Source of the DNA: a virus
Virus record (IMG/VR): IMGVR_UViG_3300005573_000054
Coordinates: 1-64,000 of that record
DNA: 64,000 bases
Direction: 5' to 3' (one strand)
A program made the position numbers and the translations under genes. Below the pieces are notes generated by a model that ran no database searches, was not told where the DNA came from, and saw nothing but the letters and a program-made list of their open reading frames with translations. Of the stretch, positions 1 through 9,593 are shown piece after piece (the stretch's first letter is position 1; every line of letters begins with the position of its first letter).

Positions 1-2
1 TT

Positions 3-374
3 CCTTACGATAGTTATATTTCCTGTTGTAGGAAAATAACATGTTTAGATATTGATTTGGGGTTTAGTGTAAACCAGCCGTGTGAAATTCATCATACTAA
101 GGTGCTTCGACCAGGCTGTCAGTGGACTCATGAAGGTTGTCGAGCTTTCCTTGTGTGGCAACCTGGTCAGAATGCTTACGACGATTATATCAAGGTCTTT
201 CAACAATTAACACAAGACCTAATAGAAAGTTGGAATCAAGCAGTAGCCGAAGCTGCTACCTCACAAGCAGGTGAGATATATACAGCAACGGTACTTTCTG
301 ATGCGTATTTATTTGAAAAGCAACAGGAGCAAATCAGAAAAACAAAACCTTCACGCAAGGTAAACGTAAGCTAA
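3..374 (+). CDS. Hypothetical protein, 5'-truncated by the window edge; paralog of the next gene
   Basis: Frame is open back to the window edge. It shares CRAFLxW, YxDYIxVF, W-x-x-AV and the KTKPxRxVxVS C-terminus with 474..1025. Confidence 0.75.
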   Translation, partial: PYDSYISCCRKITCLDIDLGFSVNQPCEIHHTKVLRPGCQWTHEGCRAFLVWQPGQNAYDDYIKVFQQLTQDLIESWNQAVAEAATSQAGEIYTATVLSDAYLFEKQQEQIRKTKPSRKVNVS

Positions 375-473
375 AAGTTAATTAAATTGTTTTAGTTTTT
401 TTTTAATATCTGAAGTTCATCTTCTCGCATGTCGAGCACGCTCCCGACTTATAGTGAAAATAGGAGGAATAAA

Positions 474-1025
474 ATGCTAAAAGTTGGATTCAAAATAATG
501 CCAAAACCCCGTGGAAATTTCATGCCTCGACTCGTTGCTTTTCGTCAGTATATTGAAAGTGATGAGTTAAAGTTGTATCCGCACCTCGTCTTTAAAAAAG
601 AGTATCAGTTACCCAACAAGATATATCTTATAGGAGGGAAGAAAGAGTTAAGGTGTGGTGATACTGTATGTAGAACAATCACCACGCTACAGTTTGAAAT
701 TGATGATTATATAAGATACCCACAGCCAGCCCAAACCTGCATCAAAGCGTTTCTTAATAACCGTGTATGTAGTAGCACATGCTCTGATTGCCGTGCTTTT
801 CTTGATTGGCGGACAGGCGATCCACCCGACTACGGTGATTATATTGCAGTTTTTGAGCAAGTTTGTAAGGATATGGTGGTGGCTTGGCAGTGGGCTGTCC
901 AGGAAGCTTACAACTCAGGACCAACAGAACAGATTGATATTGTGTTGTCTTCTGAGTCTTTTAAGCAAGTAAAGATAGAAAAGGAGTTGAAGACTAAACC
1001 ACGTCGTAGAGTGAAAGTTAGTTAA
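474..1025 (+). CDS. Hypothetical protein, tandem paralog of 3..374
   Basis: AGGAGG precedes the ATG at 474, in frame with ORF 429..1025. Similarity to the upstream gene is clear. Confidence 0.8.
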   Translation: MLKVGFKIMPKPRGNFMPRLVAFRQYIESDELKLYPHLVFKKEYQLPNKIYLIGGKKELRCGDTVCRTITTLQFEIDDYIRYPQPAQTCIKAFLNNRVCSSTCSDCRAFLDWRTGDPPDYGDYIAVFEQVCKDMVVAWQWAVQEAYNSGPTEQIDIVLSSESFKQVKIEKELKTKPRRRVKVS

Positions 1026-1147
1026 ACAAAGAAAGGAGGTGATTACTATGTTTACGACACACTGTCGTTAAGAAGGTCTCGATTACCACGGAAATGTATC
1101 TAAGTTACTCTATGGGAGAATCAAAATTCATTTTTTGGAGGTGGTGC

Positions 1148-1534
1148 ATGTTTGAGTTTGGAAAGAATTTGGACACGATATATAAAATCATTGTGTTGGG
1201 TGGAATTCTTGATCAGATTTCACGAGAGAATAAAGTCGTTATTAAAACGAAAAAGGTCAAGGACTCCGATGAAGATAAACCAGTTACTATTGTTTATGGA
1301 CATGGTTCATATCTTGTTATTAGTCAACAAGAAATCAAAAATATTCCCAGAAATGTTCTTGATCTAGTAGTGGGACATATTCCACCACTTATCCTTAAGC
1401 TTTTCCCAGGAATTCTTAAGGCTGTTGGAAATACGCTGGGAGAGACTCCACATCTCTATTTTACAAAAGATGGGAAACTTCCTCCATTTGAGTATGAAGA
1501 GGCTCTTACACTTGTCCAAGATGACGATAAATAA
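1148..1534 (+). CDS. Hypothetical protein
   Basis: GGAGGTG precedes the ATG at 1148, in frame with ORF 1094..1534. Confidence 0.7.
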   Translation: MFEFGKNLDTIYKIIVLGGILDQISRENKVVIKTKKVKDSDEDKPVTIVYGHGSYLVISQQEIKNIPRNVLDLVVGHIPPLILKLFPGILKAVGNTLGETPHLYFTKDGKLPPFEYEEALTLVQDDDK

Positions 1535-1540
1535 ATTTTC

Positions 1541-1574
1541 GAGAGGGGACTGATTTTCTCAGCCCCTCTCTTTT
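1541..1574. terminator. Hairpin terminator between convergent genes
   Basis: GAGAGGGG...CCCCTCTC stem followed by TTTT, lying between the stops of 1148..1534 (+) and the capsid gene (-). Confidence 0.75.
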
Positions 1575-1579
1575 AATAA

Positions 1580-3052
1580 TTATGTGGTTATTTGAAGGAT
1601 AGCGGTTCCGGCAGGTCTTATCACTGCAGTAGCGTACCTCGTCAAGAAGCTCATTGTAGGTACGTTCTGTAGTGGATAAGGATGAATCACAGCGGGGATG
1701 TATGGACAGTAGTAGTAAACTACCTGAGTTTCAATATCAGGTTTAAATACTACTAGTGCCTTCCCTTGTGGACACACAGGAGTTGCATAGACTTTAAACT
1801 TTCCACCTGCCATAGACGCTTCCTTGAATCCAAGCTCTCCTGAAGCATAAGAATCAGTATAAGTATAAATAAAGTCGTCAAGAGCTTCGAATACAGGAGC
1901 ATCAAGAGGATTAATCAAAATGCAATTTCCAACACCCATATTTGTATCAGTGTAGATTGCCGCACTCAAGGAGTTCAACTTAATGGTAACGTTTTTGTAC
2001 CATTCTTTTGGACCCCAAGTAAATGTAGCAGGAGGTGTTAAGCTAAATGTTGCTTTGTGTGAAGCTGGTTGTCCATTAGCTACAGCAAAAAGATGATTGA
2101 CAATTTCTACATCGATATCAAGAGCAATCTGTTGACCAATAATTGCTACAATCTGAGATTGTAGGTCAATGTCATACAGTGCTCTAATATCTTGTTCAAA
2201 CTGTATCGTCCAACGACCTGTGATCTGTCTATCCCTTGCTACCAGCCTAATCTTCTCAAGAGTAAACTCTACTTGAGTTGATGTTAAGTTTTTCTCTTGA
2301 CCAGCAACAAAAGTTACGTTTACACTTTTTACTACACCAGAAGTAGATGATAGAGTGATTGAACCACTCTTAAAATCAATACTACCATGTATAGTATCAG
2401 TGTTAGCACCTATCGTTACATTTGAAGAGAAAAGACCGTCGACAGTAGGAAAGATTGCTACATCGGCGGAGTTACCAGCACCTCCGACATCATCAAAAAT
2501 CTTTGTAATTGATATTGATCCACGTTGTATTGTTGATGTGTCGGGATCAAGACCTATTAGAGTTAATAGATTTACAGAAGCACCTACATTAATAGTAGCA
2601 AAACCACCTGTGGGACCTACTCCTGCTGAAGCGTCAGAATAGACTGGAGCATTGTCATAAGTTGTGCTTCCATACTTCTTAAACTTGGGTTGCAAGAAAC
2701 CTTTAATGACTTCGGGTGCCTTGATAGGAGATACTGTTACAAGATCCCTCGCCACGAGTCTGGGATAAAACACGGACAGAATCGGGAATGTAAGAGTTTC
2801 GTAGTAGTTGATATTTCCTGTTACTGCCTGTTCCAAGAGATGCTTTCTTGTGTTGTGAGCAAGGACTCTAAATTCTGCTGCTGTCCTTGGATCCATTGTC
2901 GATTCGAAAGTAGCTATATACCTTTTCCAGAGATTGTCGTCACTTAACACCATTATAAACTGATTCGGTGTTAGAGGACCTCTTTTCTTCAGACCCCTGA
3001 TATTTGCTTCGAGTATCAGGTGTCTGATGTCGTAAGGTTGAAGATTACTCAT
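1580..3052 (-). CDS. Major capsid protein, T4 gp23-like (HK97 fold)
   Basis: gp23-type motifs: QFEQDIRALYDIDL, IALDIDVEI, YYCPYIP and C-terminal FLTRYA. GGAGGTG precedes the ATG at 3052. Confidence 0.85.
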   Translation of the reverse strand: MSNLQPYDIRHLILEANIRGLKKRGPLTPNQFIMVLSDDNLWKRYIATFESTMDPRTAAEFRVLAHNTRKHLLEQAVTGNINYYETLTFPILSVFYPRLVARDLVTVSPIKAPEVIKGFLQPKFKKYGSTTYDNAPVYSDASAGVGPTGGFATINVGASVNLLTLIGLDPDTSTIQRGSISITKIFDDVGGAGNSADVAIFPTVDGLFSSNVTIGANTDTIHGSIDFKSGSITLSSTSGVVKSVNVTFVAGQEKNLTSTQVEFTLEKIRLVARDRQITGRWTIQFEQDIRALYDIDLQSQIVAIIGQQIALDIDVEIVNHLFAVANGQPASHKATFSLTPPATFTWGPKEWYKNVTIKLNSLSAAIYTDTNMGVGNCILINPLDAPVFEALDDFIYTYTDSYASGELGFKEASMAGGKFKVYATPVCPQGKALVVFKPDIETQVVYYYCPYIPAVIHPYPLQNVPTMSFLTRYATAVIRPAGTAILQITT

Positions 3053-3310
3053 AAACAACACCTCCGTATAAAAGATTTCAAGATTTTTTCAATTTTCCTT
3101 AATTTAGAATACTTTAATCGAGTATTTTTAAGAAACAACGTTAAAAAATACAAAAAATAATTGTAAAGAAGATTACTTTTGAACAAAATATCGTTGAAAA
3201 AGAACAAATGTGAATTGTAGAAAGGAGGTGAAAATGTTGAGAAGTAAAGAAGTTTCTGATCGTTTTTAAAAGTTTTCATCTAACATTTTTCCAAAAAAGG
3301 AGGATAAAAA

Positions 3311-4015
3311 ATGAGAGCATTTGGTAGCATTTACAATTCAAAGTATGGCGTTGTTAATCTTGAGTATGGTCTAAATGGCACGGCGCGATTCGCGTTTTCT
3401 CCGGTATTCCAACCGGTGGAGGCGGCACAAATTGTGAAGGGTATGAAAATCTACGACTATCAAAGTACTAGAGTCTTTTCGCTTTCATTAGATGAATCAA
3501 TCATGTTATATAACCTTATTAAAGAAGCGCCTCAGAAGTCAGTAGATTTAGGAAACACAAAAGTAAACGTTACAGATAACGTGTACTCGTATAGTGTGAC
3601 ACATTATCCTGGGTCTAAAGATGAAAAACAGAGCCATGTAATAGCAGTATCTCAGTTAAGATTAACCGTTGGTAGAGTAAATCCTAACTGTATGTTAGAA
3701 TATTTCTTCTCCAAGAGAATTAATAAAGAGGAAGTAGAAAAGTCACAGATAAAGGTTCCTTTTACTTCTCAACAGCTAGACGTGGTTAAACTGTTCTTAA
3801 AGATGCATCCTACTGCCGTTGCCGTACTTCATATTCTCGATATTTATACGACAGGTCCTCTCAAGAAAGGAAGAGAAGCGAATGGACTATCGGCTTCGAT
3901 TCCTATGGGAAAGAAGGAAGATGATTATTTTTCACCTATAGAAACATCTGATCAACTAGACGTTGTCCCAGATTCAGGAGAAGCTGTAATCTCAGAGGAC
4001 GACTTACCTCTCTGA
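3311..4015 (+). CDS. Hypothetical protein, possible ssDNA-binding protein
   Basis: Strong SD. The acidic C-terminal tail ends EDDLPL, resembling the SSB tail DDDIPF, and the gene is next to the Mre11-like gene. Function is inferred. Confidence 0.45.
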   Translation: MRAFGSIYNSKYGVVNLEYGLNGTARFAFSPVFQPVEAAQIVKGMKIYDYQSTRVFSLSLDESIMLYNLIKEAPQKSVDLGNTKVNVTDNVYSYSVTHYPGSKDEKQSHVIAVSQLRLTVGRVNPNCMLEYFFSKRINKEEVEKSQIKVPFTSQQLDVVKLFLKMHPTAVAVLHILDIYTTGPLKKGREANGLSASIPMGKKEDDYFSPIETSDQLDVVPDSGEAVISEDDLPL

Positions 4016-4026
4016 TTAACTAATAG

Positions 4027-4054
4027 AGGGTGCCTCCAGTGAGAGGTACCCTTT
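4027..4054 (+). terminator. Putative intrinsic terminator/hairpin
   Basis: AGGGTGCCTC...GAGGTACCCT followed by TT. Confidence 0.5.
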
Positions 4055-4070
4055 AACAGGAGGAAAATCT

Positions 4071-5105
4071 ATGAGACTTGTGGTCATTTCAGATCTTCAT
4101 TTTAAGTTAGGAACATGGAGTCCTTTTATAAAAGAGTATGAAGGAATCTATTACCCTAAAATAAATCTACAACACTGTTGCGAAATCGCGAAGAAATACA
4201 ACTGTGATGCGATATTAGTGCTTGGAGATGTTTTTGATAGAAAGATAAATCCTCACTCGATAATAGATATAGTATGTCAAACATTCGAAGAAGTTAGTGT
4301 TGAAAAACCTGTGTATTGTTTGATTGGAAATCACGATTATTTAAGTTTGCCAGTCGAAGATAAAGATTTCTTTACTTCACTGTCTGCCATTAAGAGTGAG
4401 AGCGTCCATATAATTGATACGTATGAAGAAGATATTTTTGGACCTGAGACTGTAGCGGTCTCCTTCCCCTCTCGTAAATTTATCCTGGAGAAGGCAGAAG
4501 AATGGATCGGAAAGACGTTGTTTACGCATATAGGAATAACTGGTTTCCAAATACATAAAGATATGACAATACCTGATGAATTTACGACAGAACAATTATC
4601 ACTATACAAAAGAGTGATTACAGGTCACTATCACATCCCCCAAGAAAAAGATAATATAGTTTTTGTGGGATCACCTTGGCCTCTCAAAAAGGATGAATAC
4701 GATGACGAAAAAAGAATACTAGTAGTTGATACTCTAACAGATGAAATAACATCAATACCTTCTATCTTTACGAAAGTGAGAGAAATCAGTGTTAAGAACG
4801 TAAAGGAGTTCGAACGTCTCTTTGAAAAAATTTCTTCGGATTTGAAAGAAGATTTTCACCAAAAGTTTAAAATCAAGATATCTTCAAAGAGTATTCCCAG
4901 AAGTTTACTCGTAAAACTTCAAGACACTTTTGGGTATCATGTTTATGTTGAAAGACAAGATCAATCCGAAAAACCTGTTCTAGAAATTAGTTCTGATGAA
5001 ACTCTTACAAAGTTGTCTCTTGAAAAAATTCTAGAAGGTTATTTAACGGAAGAAGAAGTAAGTCTTCTTTCTAGGGAGCGTCTTTGGTCGCAGATCTTTC
5101 AGTAA
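4071..5105 (+). CDS. Mre11/SbcD/gp47-like metallophosphoesterase nuclease
   Basis: SDLH, LGDVFD, GNHD, THI and GHYH phosphoesterase motifs. A partner SMC ATPase lies at 9594. Confidence 0.9.
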   Translation: MRLVVISDLHFKLGTWSPFIKEYEGIYYPKINLQHCCEIAKKYNCDAILVLGDVFDRKINPHSIIDIVCQTFEEVSVEKPVYCLIGNHDYLSLPVEDKDFFTSLSAIKSESVHIIDTYEEDIFGPETVAVSFPSRKFILEKAEEWIGKTLFTHIGITGFQIHKDMTIPDEFTTEQLSLYKRVITGHYHIPQEKDNIVFVGSPWPLKKDEYDDEKRILVVDTLTDEITSIPSIFTKVREISVKNVKEFERLFEKISSDLKEDFHQKFKIKISSKSIPRSLLVKLQDTFGYHVYVERQDQSEKPVLEISSDETLTKLSLEKILEGYLTEEEVSLLSRERLWSQIFQ

Positions 5106-5146
5106 TTTTTTGGAACAAACTAGAGAATTGTTAAGGAGACAATATT

Positions 5147-7027
5147 TTGAAACCTCAAGATATACTTAGCCGGTTGAGAAGAGTCGTCTATGGTCGTGAT
5201 CAGGATGAACTCAGAAAAGTCCAAAATGTTATCTCTCTTATAAGAGAAAGATTACCTTCAAGCATACAGAATTACGTAGATATCACTCATTTGCTTCAAG
5301 ATCGTACTCATTTCAGTGTAGAGGAGTTTATCGAGAGGCAAAAGGATTCGTTTTCACCGGAGTGGTCTCGTGTTTTTAGATATAATGAGTATGAGGCAAT
5401 AGTGAAATTTATTCCCTATGCCTCTCGAGCCCTCGAAGTATTAACACAAAACATCTTATCTCCAGATGATTACACAAAAACCGTCTTTAAAAATTTCTCA
5501 AATATAAACATCCAAGATAAGACAGTTACAGAGACCCTAAAGAAAATCTCAGAAAAGTACGACTTCCAAAAGAGGGCATATGGAATAATACATAATACTC
5601 TTTTGTATGGGGATTGGTTTGTTGAGCTTGTAGATGAGACTTCCTTTAAAAAGAATGTAACACAATATATAAGCGAAGGTGATATTAGTCTATCGGCTGA
5701 TGTATATTACGATTTATATGAGGAAACTACCCAGATTGGAGATTTTGAAAATGTTACGAATGGGTGGAAGTCATCAAACTCGAATGATGTTTCAAAGAAA
5801 AATCGTAAAAGTTCTCTAAAACTAGTGGAGTATCACCCTTCAAGAGTTGTTATCCTTGGGAGTGAAGAGATAGTTTTAGGGTACCTTGTGTTTCCACTCT
5901 TTTCTGAAGATCCATATATGGCAAGCGCTCTTCCCAGGTATAATCCTTTCACAAACCTCACAAGTTCTTCGATAAGGCAATACGAAGAAGTAAACACGTT
6001 GAGACAAAACGTATCCAATATAAGCAAACAGTTCTTAAGGAATATTCTTGCGAATCTCTCTAAATCCAAAGGTATTTCTTCGTCAAATATTGACGAGATA
6101 CTCAGAAAATCCGATCCTGTATTACAAGACGTAATCCTTTCACTTATCTTATCAACACAGCAAACATCTCAAAAGATGAATGTGAGATTCGTTCCACCTT
6201 CAAAGATGTGTCATTTCAAACTTACCATGAAAGGAGGTAGAAAACTAGCTCCATATGGGTGTTCACTTCTTTATGGATTGAATCATCAAGCACGAGTGTT
6301 GATATCTCTATCATCAAGTATCGTTATGTATAGATTATCTCGTTCCATAGAGAGAAGAGTCTTTCATGTGGAGACGGGAGTTTCAAGAGATGTTCAGACT
6401 CCAATTCAACAGATTATTAGGTCTCTCTCGAGAAGACGTTACGCATTAACAGATCCTAATATCGGATTGGAAGAAATCCCAAGTCATATCTCATCCTTCG
6501 AAGATATCTTTATACCTATGAAAGCCGGTAAAAGATTTATAGAAACAGATGTGTTGCCCTCGGGAAACTTGAACATCAGTATGGATGATTGGAAGGAGAT
6601 GAGGGATACTTTTATAGCAGGTCTGGGTGTTCCTCCTGCATATTTAAACATAGAACAGAATTATGAAACGAGAGGAACACTTGCTCAAGAAAATATTGTT
6701 TTCGCAATTACAGTCTTAAACTACCAGCTTGAGTTTGGCGAGTGTTTTACCGATATGATTAGAAAGATCTTTAGATGCGTAAAAAACAAAGATTTACCCG
6801 AAGAATTCAAAATTACTTTCAATCCTCCAATGAAACTTCTTCTCGAAAGGTATTCAGAGATGGTTTCAAACTTCAGTCAGCTAGCTGAGGTCGCAAAACA
6901 GATGGGAATTGATCCTAAACAATTATTTGATAAGTTCTTCGGTGAGTTAGCACCTCCCGAAAGTATACAGAAGGCTAGAACGAAGAAGATAGAAGATATA
7001 CTTCTGGGTAGATCAGAAACTGAGTAG
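5147..7027 (+). CDS. Portal protein, T4 gp20-like
   Basis: YRLSRSIERRVFHVETG, EDIFIP, LPSGNL and GLGVPPAYL match gp20-family motifs. TTG start after AAGGAG. Confidence 0.85.
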   Translation: MKPQDILSRLRRVVYGRDQDELRKVQNVISLIRERLPSSIQNYVDITHLLQDRTHFSVEEFIERQKDSFSPEWSRVFRYNEYEAIVKFIPYASRALEVLTQNILSPDDYTKTVFKNFSNINIQDKTVTETLKKISEKYDFQKRAYGIIHNTLLYGDWFVELVDETSFKKNVTQYISEGDISLSADVYYDLYEETTQIGDFENVTNGWKSSNSNDVSKKNRKSSLKLVEYHPSRVVILGSEEIVLGYLVFPLFSEDPYMASALPRYNPFTNLTSSSIRQYEEVNTLRQNVSNISKQFLRNILANLSKSKGISSSNIDEILRKSDPVLQDVILSLILSTQQTSQKMNVRFVPPSKMCHFKLTMKGGRKLAPYGCSLLYGLNHQARVLISLSSSIVMYRLSRSIERRVFHVETGVSRDVQTPIQQIIRSLSRRRYALTDPNIGLEEIPSHISSFEDIFIPMKAGKRFIETDVLPSGNLNISMDDWKEMRDTFIAGLGVPPAYLNIEQNYETRGTLAQENIVFAITVLNYQLEFGECFTDMIRKIFRCVKNKDLPEEFKITFNPPMKLLLERYSEMVSNFSQLAEVAKQMGIDPKQLFDKFFGELAPPESIQKARTKKIEDILLGRSETE

Positions 7028-7036
7028 GAGTTGTGA

Positions 7037-7774
7037 ATGATTGATTTTTCAAAGCTTTTTGAGCAGAGTCTTGAAGATGCCTCTCTTGATGATGCAATGA
7101 AAAGTATTGATTCCTCTGTTCCTGATGTGAATGCAGGTGCTGTTGGAACTAGTCCTGGATTTGGTATGGACACAGGAATGGGAATAGGTGGTGGTTTTGG
7201 TGATATGGGAATGGGAACTACGGGAACTGATTCATTTACCACGAAGCTGTCTCAAGTTCAACAATCTATTTCATCTAGCACAGATATAGGAAGAGTAAAG
7301 ATGTTAACGAATATATCCTCAGTAATAAATGATCTAAGCAACTTTATTTTAGGTGTTATTCACATCTCTAAGAAATTCGCTATACTATACGATAGTCTTC
7401 TTGAAGCCCAGGAGATCTTAGAAACAGTAATCTTAAACCTGGATAAGTTCAAAGAGAAGATCGATGTGATCATCGCACTTTATCAGATGCTAGTCGTTGA
7501 GCATACGAAGATCTTTGTGAGAGAACTGAAAAAAAGAGTGTCTAAAATTCAGAAGAAAAGTTCGAAAATCTCTTTGATGAAAGTTATAAAGAAAGCAGAG
7601 TCGATAATGGAAGACCTTGAAGAAAAAGTAACCGAAGACCTGGAGAAAGCGAAAGAACGAAAGAGGGAAAAGAAAGAAAAGAAGGAAGAAGAATCAAAGG
7701 AAAAGAAAGAAAAGAAGGAAGAGAAACCAAAGGAAGAGAAGACTTCTAAAAAGAAAACCACGGAGGAGTTCTAA
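7037..7774 (+). CDS. Hypothetical protein with Gly/Met-rich segment and K/E-rich tail (possible prohead core/scaffold)
   Basis: Directly follows the portal gene. Low-complexity charged C-terminus. Function inferred from position only. Confidence 0.5.
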   Translation: MIDFSKLFEQSLEDASLDDAMKSIDSSVPDVNAGAVGTSPGFGMDTGMGIGGGFGDMGMGTTGTDSFTTKLSQVQQSISSSTDIGRVKMLTNISSVINDLSNFILGVIHISKKFAILYDSLLEAQEILETVILNLDKFKEKIDVIIALYQMLVVEHTKIFVRELKKRVSKIQKKSSKISLMKVIKKAESIMEDLEEKVTEDLEKAKERKREKKEKKEEESKEKKEKKEEKPKEEKTSKKKTTEEF

Positions 7775-8446
7775 ATGGGAAGCCTCAGACCCTACGAAAG
7801 GTCTAAACTCGTAGTCACATACAAGTACGTGATTTCTCAAGGACCAGTTCACAGGACGTTCAAAGAAGCAATTTCCAGCTGGATTGTAAAACAAGATAGT
7901 TTCTTTACCGTAGGAGGTCAGGGGCTTTTTGTATCTCCTATTTACTTTATGAGTAAAACAGCTACAGGGTTTATCCAACCTCATATCGATCTCGATGGAG
8001 AGCTTAATGAGCAGAACTGGAATTTTATCATGGAGTTCTGTGAAGGGAATAACTTCTTTCCTGTGTTTACCGGGAAGAGGGGAGTACAGTTGTATGGCAG
8101 GTTTCTTATAAGGGTTAACAACTATATGAGGTTAAGTCCCTCGCAGTTGAGAACCACCGTCTTTATGAAAGCAAAAGTTAATCCCGAGTCTTTAGGTCAA
8201 GCAACAGGTCTGAAAGTCGATATCCCTCTCTGTACAACAAAACAGCCAACTCCAAGGATAGGTTGGAGAGTAGATACGAAGACTTTTATGTTTCCAATCC
8301 TCTCTCAGGATTTCAAAGACTGGGAGTTCTTTAATATGATTGTTAATGATCTTCTTCTTGAAGAAAGGTCGCGTAGATTAAAAGAGATGATAAATATAGA
8401 GTCGTATCTGACGAATTTCATCTGTCCACTGAGCTTTACTGGTTAA
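7775..8446 (+). CDS. Possible archaeo-eukaryotic primase (AEP)-fold protein
   Basis: HIDLDG (DxD), FTGKRGVQLY (SGxRGxH-like, with His replaced by Gln) and a downstream D...PRIG. Confidence 0.45.
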   Translation: MGSLRPYERSKLVVTYKYVISQGPVHRTFKEAISSWIVKQDSFFTVGGQGLFVSPIYFMSKTATGFIQPHIDLDGELNEQNWNFIMEFCEGNNFFPVFTGKRGVQLYGRFLIRVNNYMRLSPSQLRTTVFMKAKVNPESLGQATGLKVDIPLCTTKQPTPRIGWRVDTKTFMFPILSQDFKDWEFFNMIVNDLLLEERSRRLKEMINIESYLTNFICPLSFTG

Positions 8447-8491
8447 GTAGAGTTTTTCAAAAATCATTTCGACATATAAGAGGAGGTTATC

Positions 8492-9226
8492 ATGGTTACA
8501 GGTGAAGTAAACACTTCTGTTTTGGGAGTCGTTCAGTTTTGTAACACGTTTCACGGAGAGTTTCCTCTCGTTGGGTATTCTACAACGTTGATACGGTTTG
8601 CTCGGTGTAATTTGAAGTGTAGTTTCTGTGATACAGTGGAGATAATGTCCACTACTCCTCGAGAGCTTACCCCGAGTGAAATCCTCTCGGCTGTAGAGGA
8701 GACTCATGGATTGTTGATAACGGGTGGAGAACCAGGGATGTATAGCGATGAAGTTTACAAGGTTGTCTCTACTGTGATCAGTAGTTATATACCCGTTACC
8801 CATGTAGATATTGAGACGAACGGGCTGTTTATAGACCGGATCGATAAGTTTGTCGATTTTGTGAAGAGTCTCGACTACCTCAACTTCTTAGATCTTCTCA
8901 GAGTGACCTGGAGCCCTAAGTTCTTGAACCCTTCCGAGATAGAGAAGAACTTCAGACGTGTTTACCGCTTGAATAAGTCGTTGTTCAGAGAGAGTGTTTT
9001 CGTCAAGCTCGTGAACGACCCCAGCTTCGGAGAAGCGAACGAGCAGTTCATAAACTTGTTGGAGAGGCTGTACGGACGTGTGTATCTCAGTCATGTGTGT
9101 GTCATGCCTCTTACTGGAGTGTCTCCCGAAGATGACAGAGAGAACGTGAAGAAGACGCTTGAGCTGTGTCATCGCAGATCGCTGAACTTCAGCCCGAGAA
9201 TACACGTTGTATACGAGTTCGCGTAG
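8492..9226 (+). CDS. queE: 7-carboxy-7-deazaguanine synthase (radical SAM)
   Basis: HGEFP...IRFARCNLKCSFCDT, ITGGEP, IETNG, WSPK and SPRIH. folE, queD and queC are also in the window. Confidence 0.85.
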   Translation: MVTGEVNTSVLGVVQFCNTFHGEFPLVGYSTTLIRFARCNLKCSFCDTVEIMSTTPRELTPSEILSAVEETHGLLITGGEPGMYSDEVYKVVSTVISSYIPVTHVDIETNGLFIDRIDKFVDFVKSLDYLNFLDLLRVTWSPKFLNPSEIEKNFRRVYRLNKSLFRESVFVKLVNDPSFGEANEQFINLLERLYGRVYLSHVCVMPLTGVSPEDDRENVKKTLELCHRRSLNFSPRIHVVYEFA

Positions 9227-9243
9227 ATATATATGATATAGAA
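9226..9243 (+). promoter_or_regulatory. Putative promoter element GATATATATGATATAGAA
   Basis: Near-identical to GATATATATAATGATAGAA at 37677. Contains a TATGAT -10-like hexamer ahead of a strong SD. Confidence 0.45.
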
Positions 9244-9271
9244 ATTAGGAAGGAAGGAGGTGACGACGTCG

Positions 9272-9331
9272 ATGTGGCCGGGGCTCGCAATTCTCGGTCT
9301 GACAGTGTTGATACTCTGGGCTAAGTCGTAA
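9272..9331 (+). CDS. 19-aa hydrophobic membrane peptide MWPGLAILGLTVLILWAKS
   Basis: AAGGAGGTG SD. A duplicate at 9411 carries conservative and synonymous changes. Confidence 0.7.
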   Translation: MWPGLAILGLTVLILWAKS

Positions 9332-9410
9332 CCCAGAGTATCGTTGACTCAAGTTCCTCAAGACATTTCAAGTTTTTTTTTAAAAAAAACGAAAGGAGGT
9401 GACGACATCG

Positions 9411-9470
9411 ATGTGGCCAGGTGCAGTGATCCTGGGCCTGACAATACTGATACTCTGGATTAAATCGTGA
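9411..9470 (+). CDS. 19-aa hydrophobic membrane peptide MWPGAVILGLTILILWIKS
   Basis: AAAGGAGGTG SD. Paralog of 9272..9331. Confidence 0.7.
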   Translation: MWPGAVILGLTILILWIKS

Positions 9471-9593
9471 TCCGGAGTGTCAGTGCCCCCGGCTCAAGCT
9501 CCTCAAGACATTTCAAGTCTTTTTAATGACCGGGTGTCGCTCTCACAGTTTCAAGACATCCGGTCAACTCATCCCAATAGGAGGTCACGCTCT

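Noticed and set aside
7549-7761. Phe/Ser-rich minus-strand ORF
   Set aside because: It is the antisense shadow of the K/E-rich tail of 7037..7774.
9477-9593. N-terminal 39-aa extension of the Rad50-like ORF
   Set aside because: It overlaps the duplicated cassette tail. SD and homology support the ATG at 9594.
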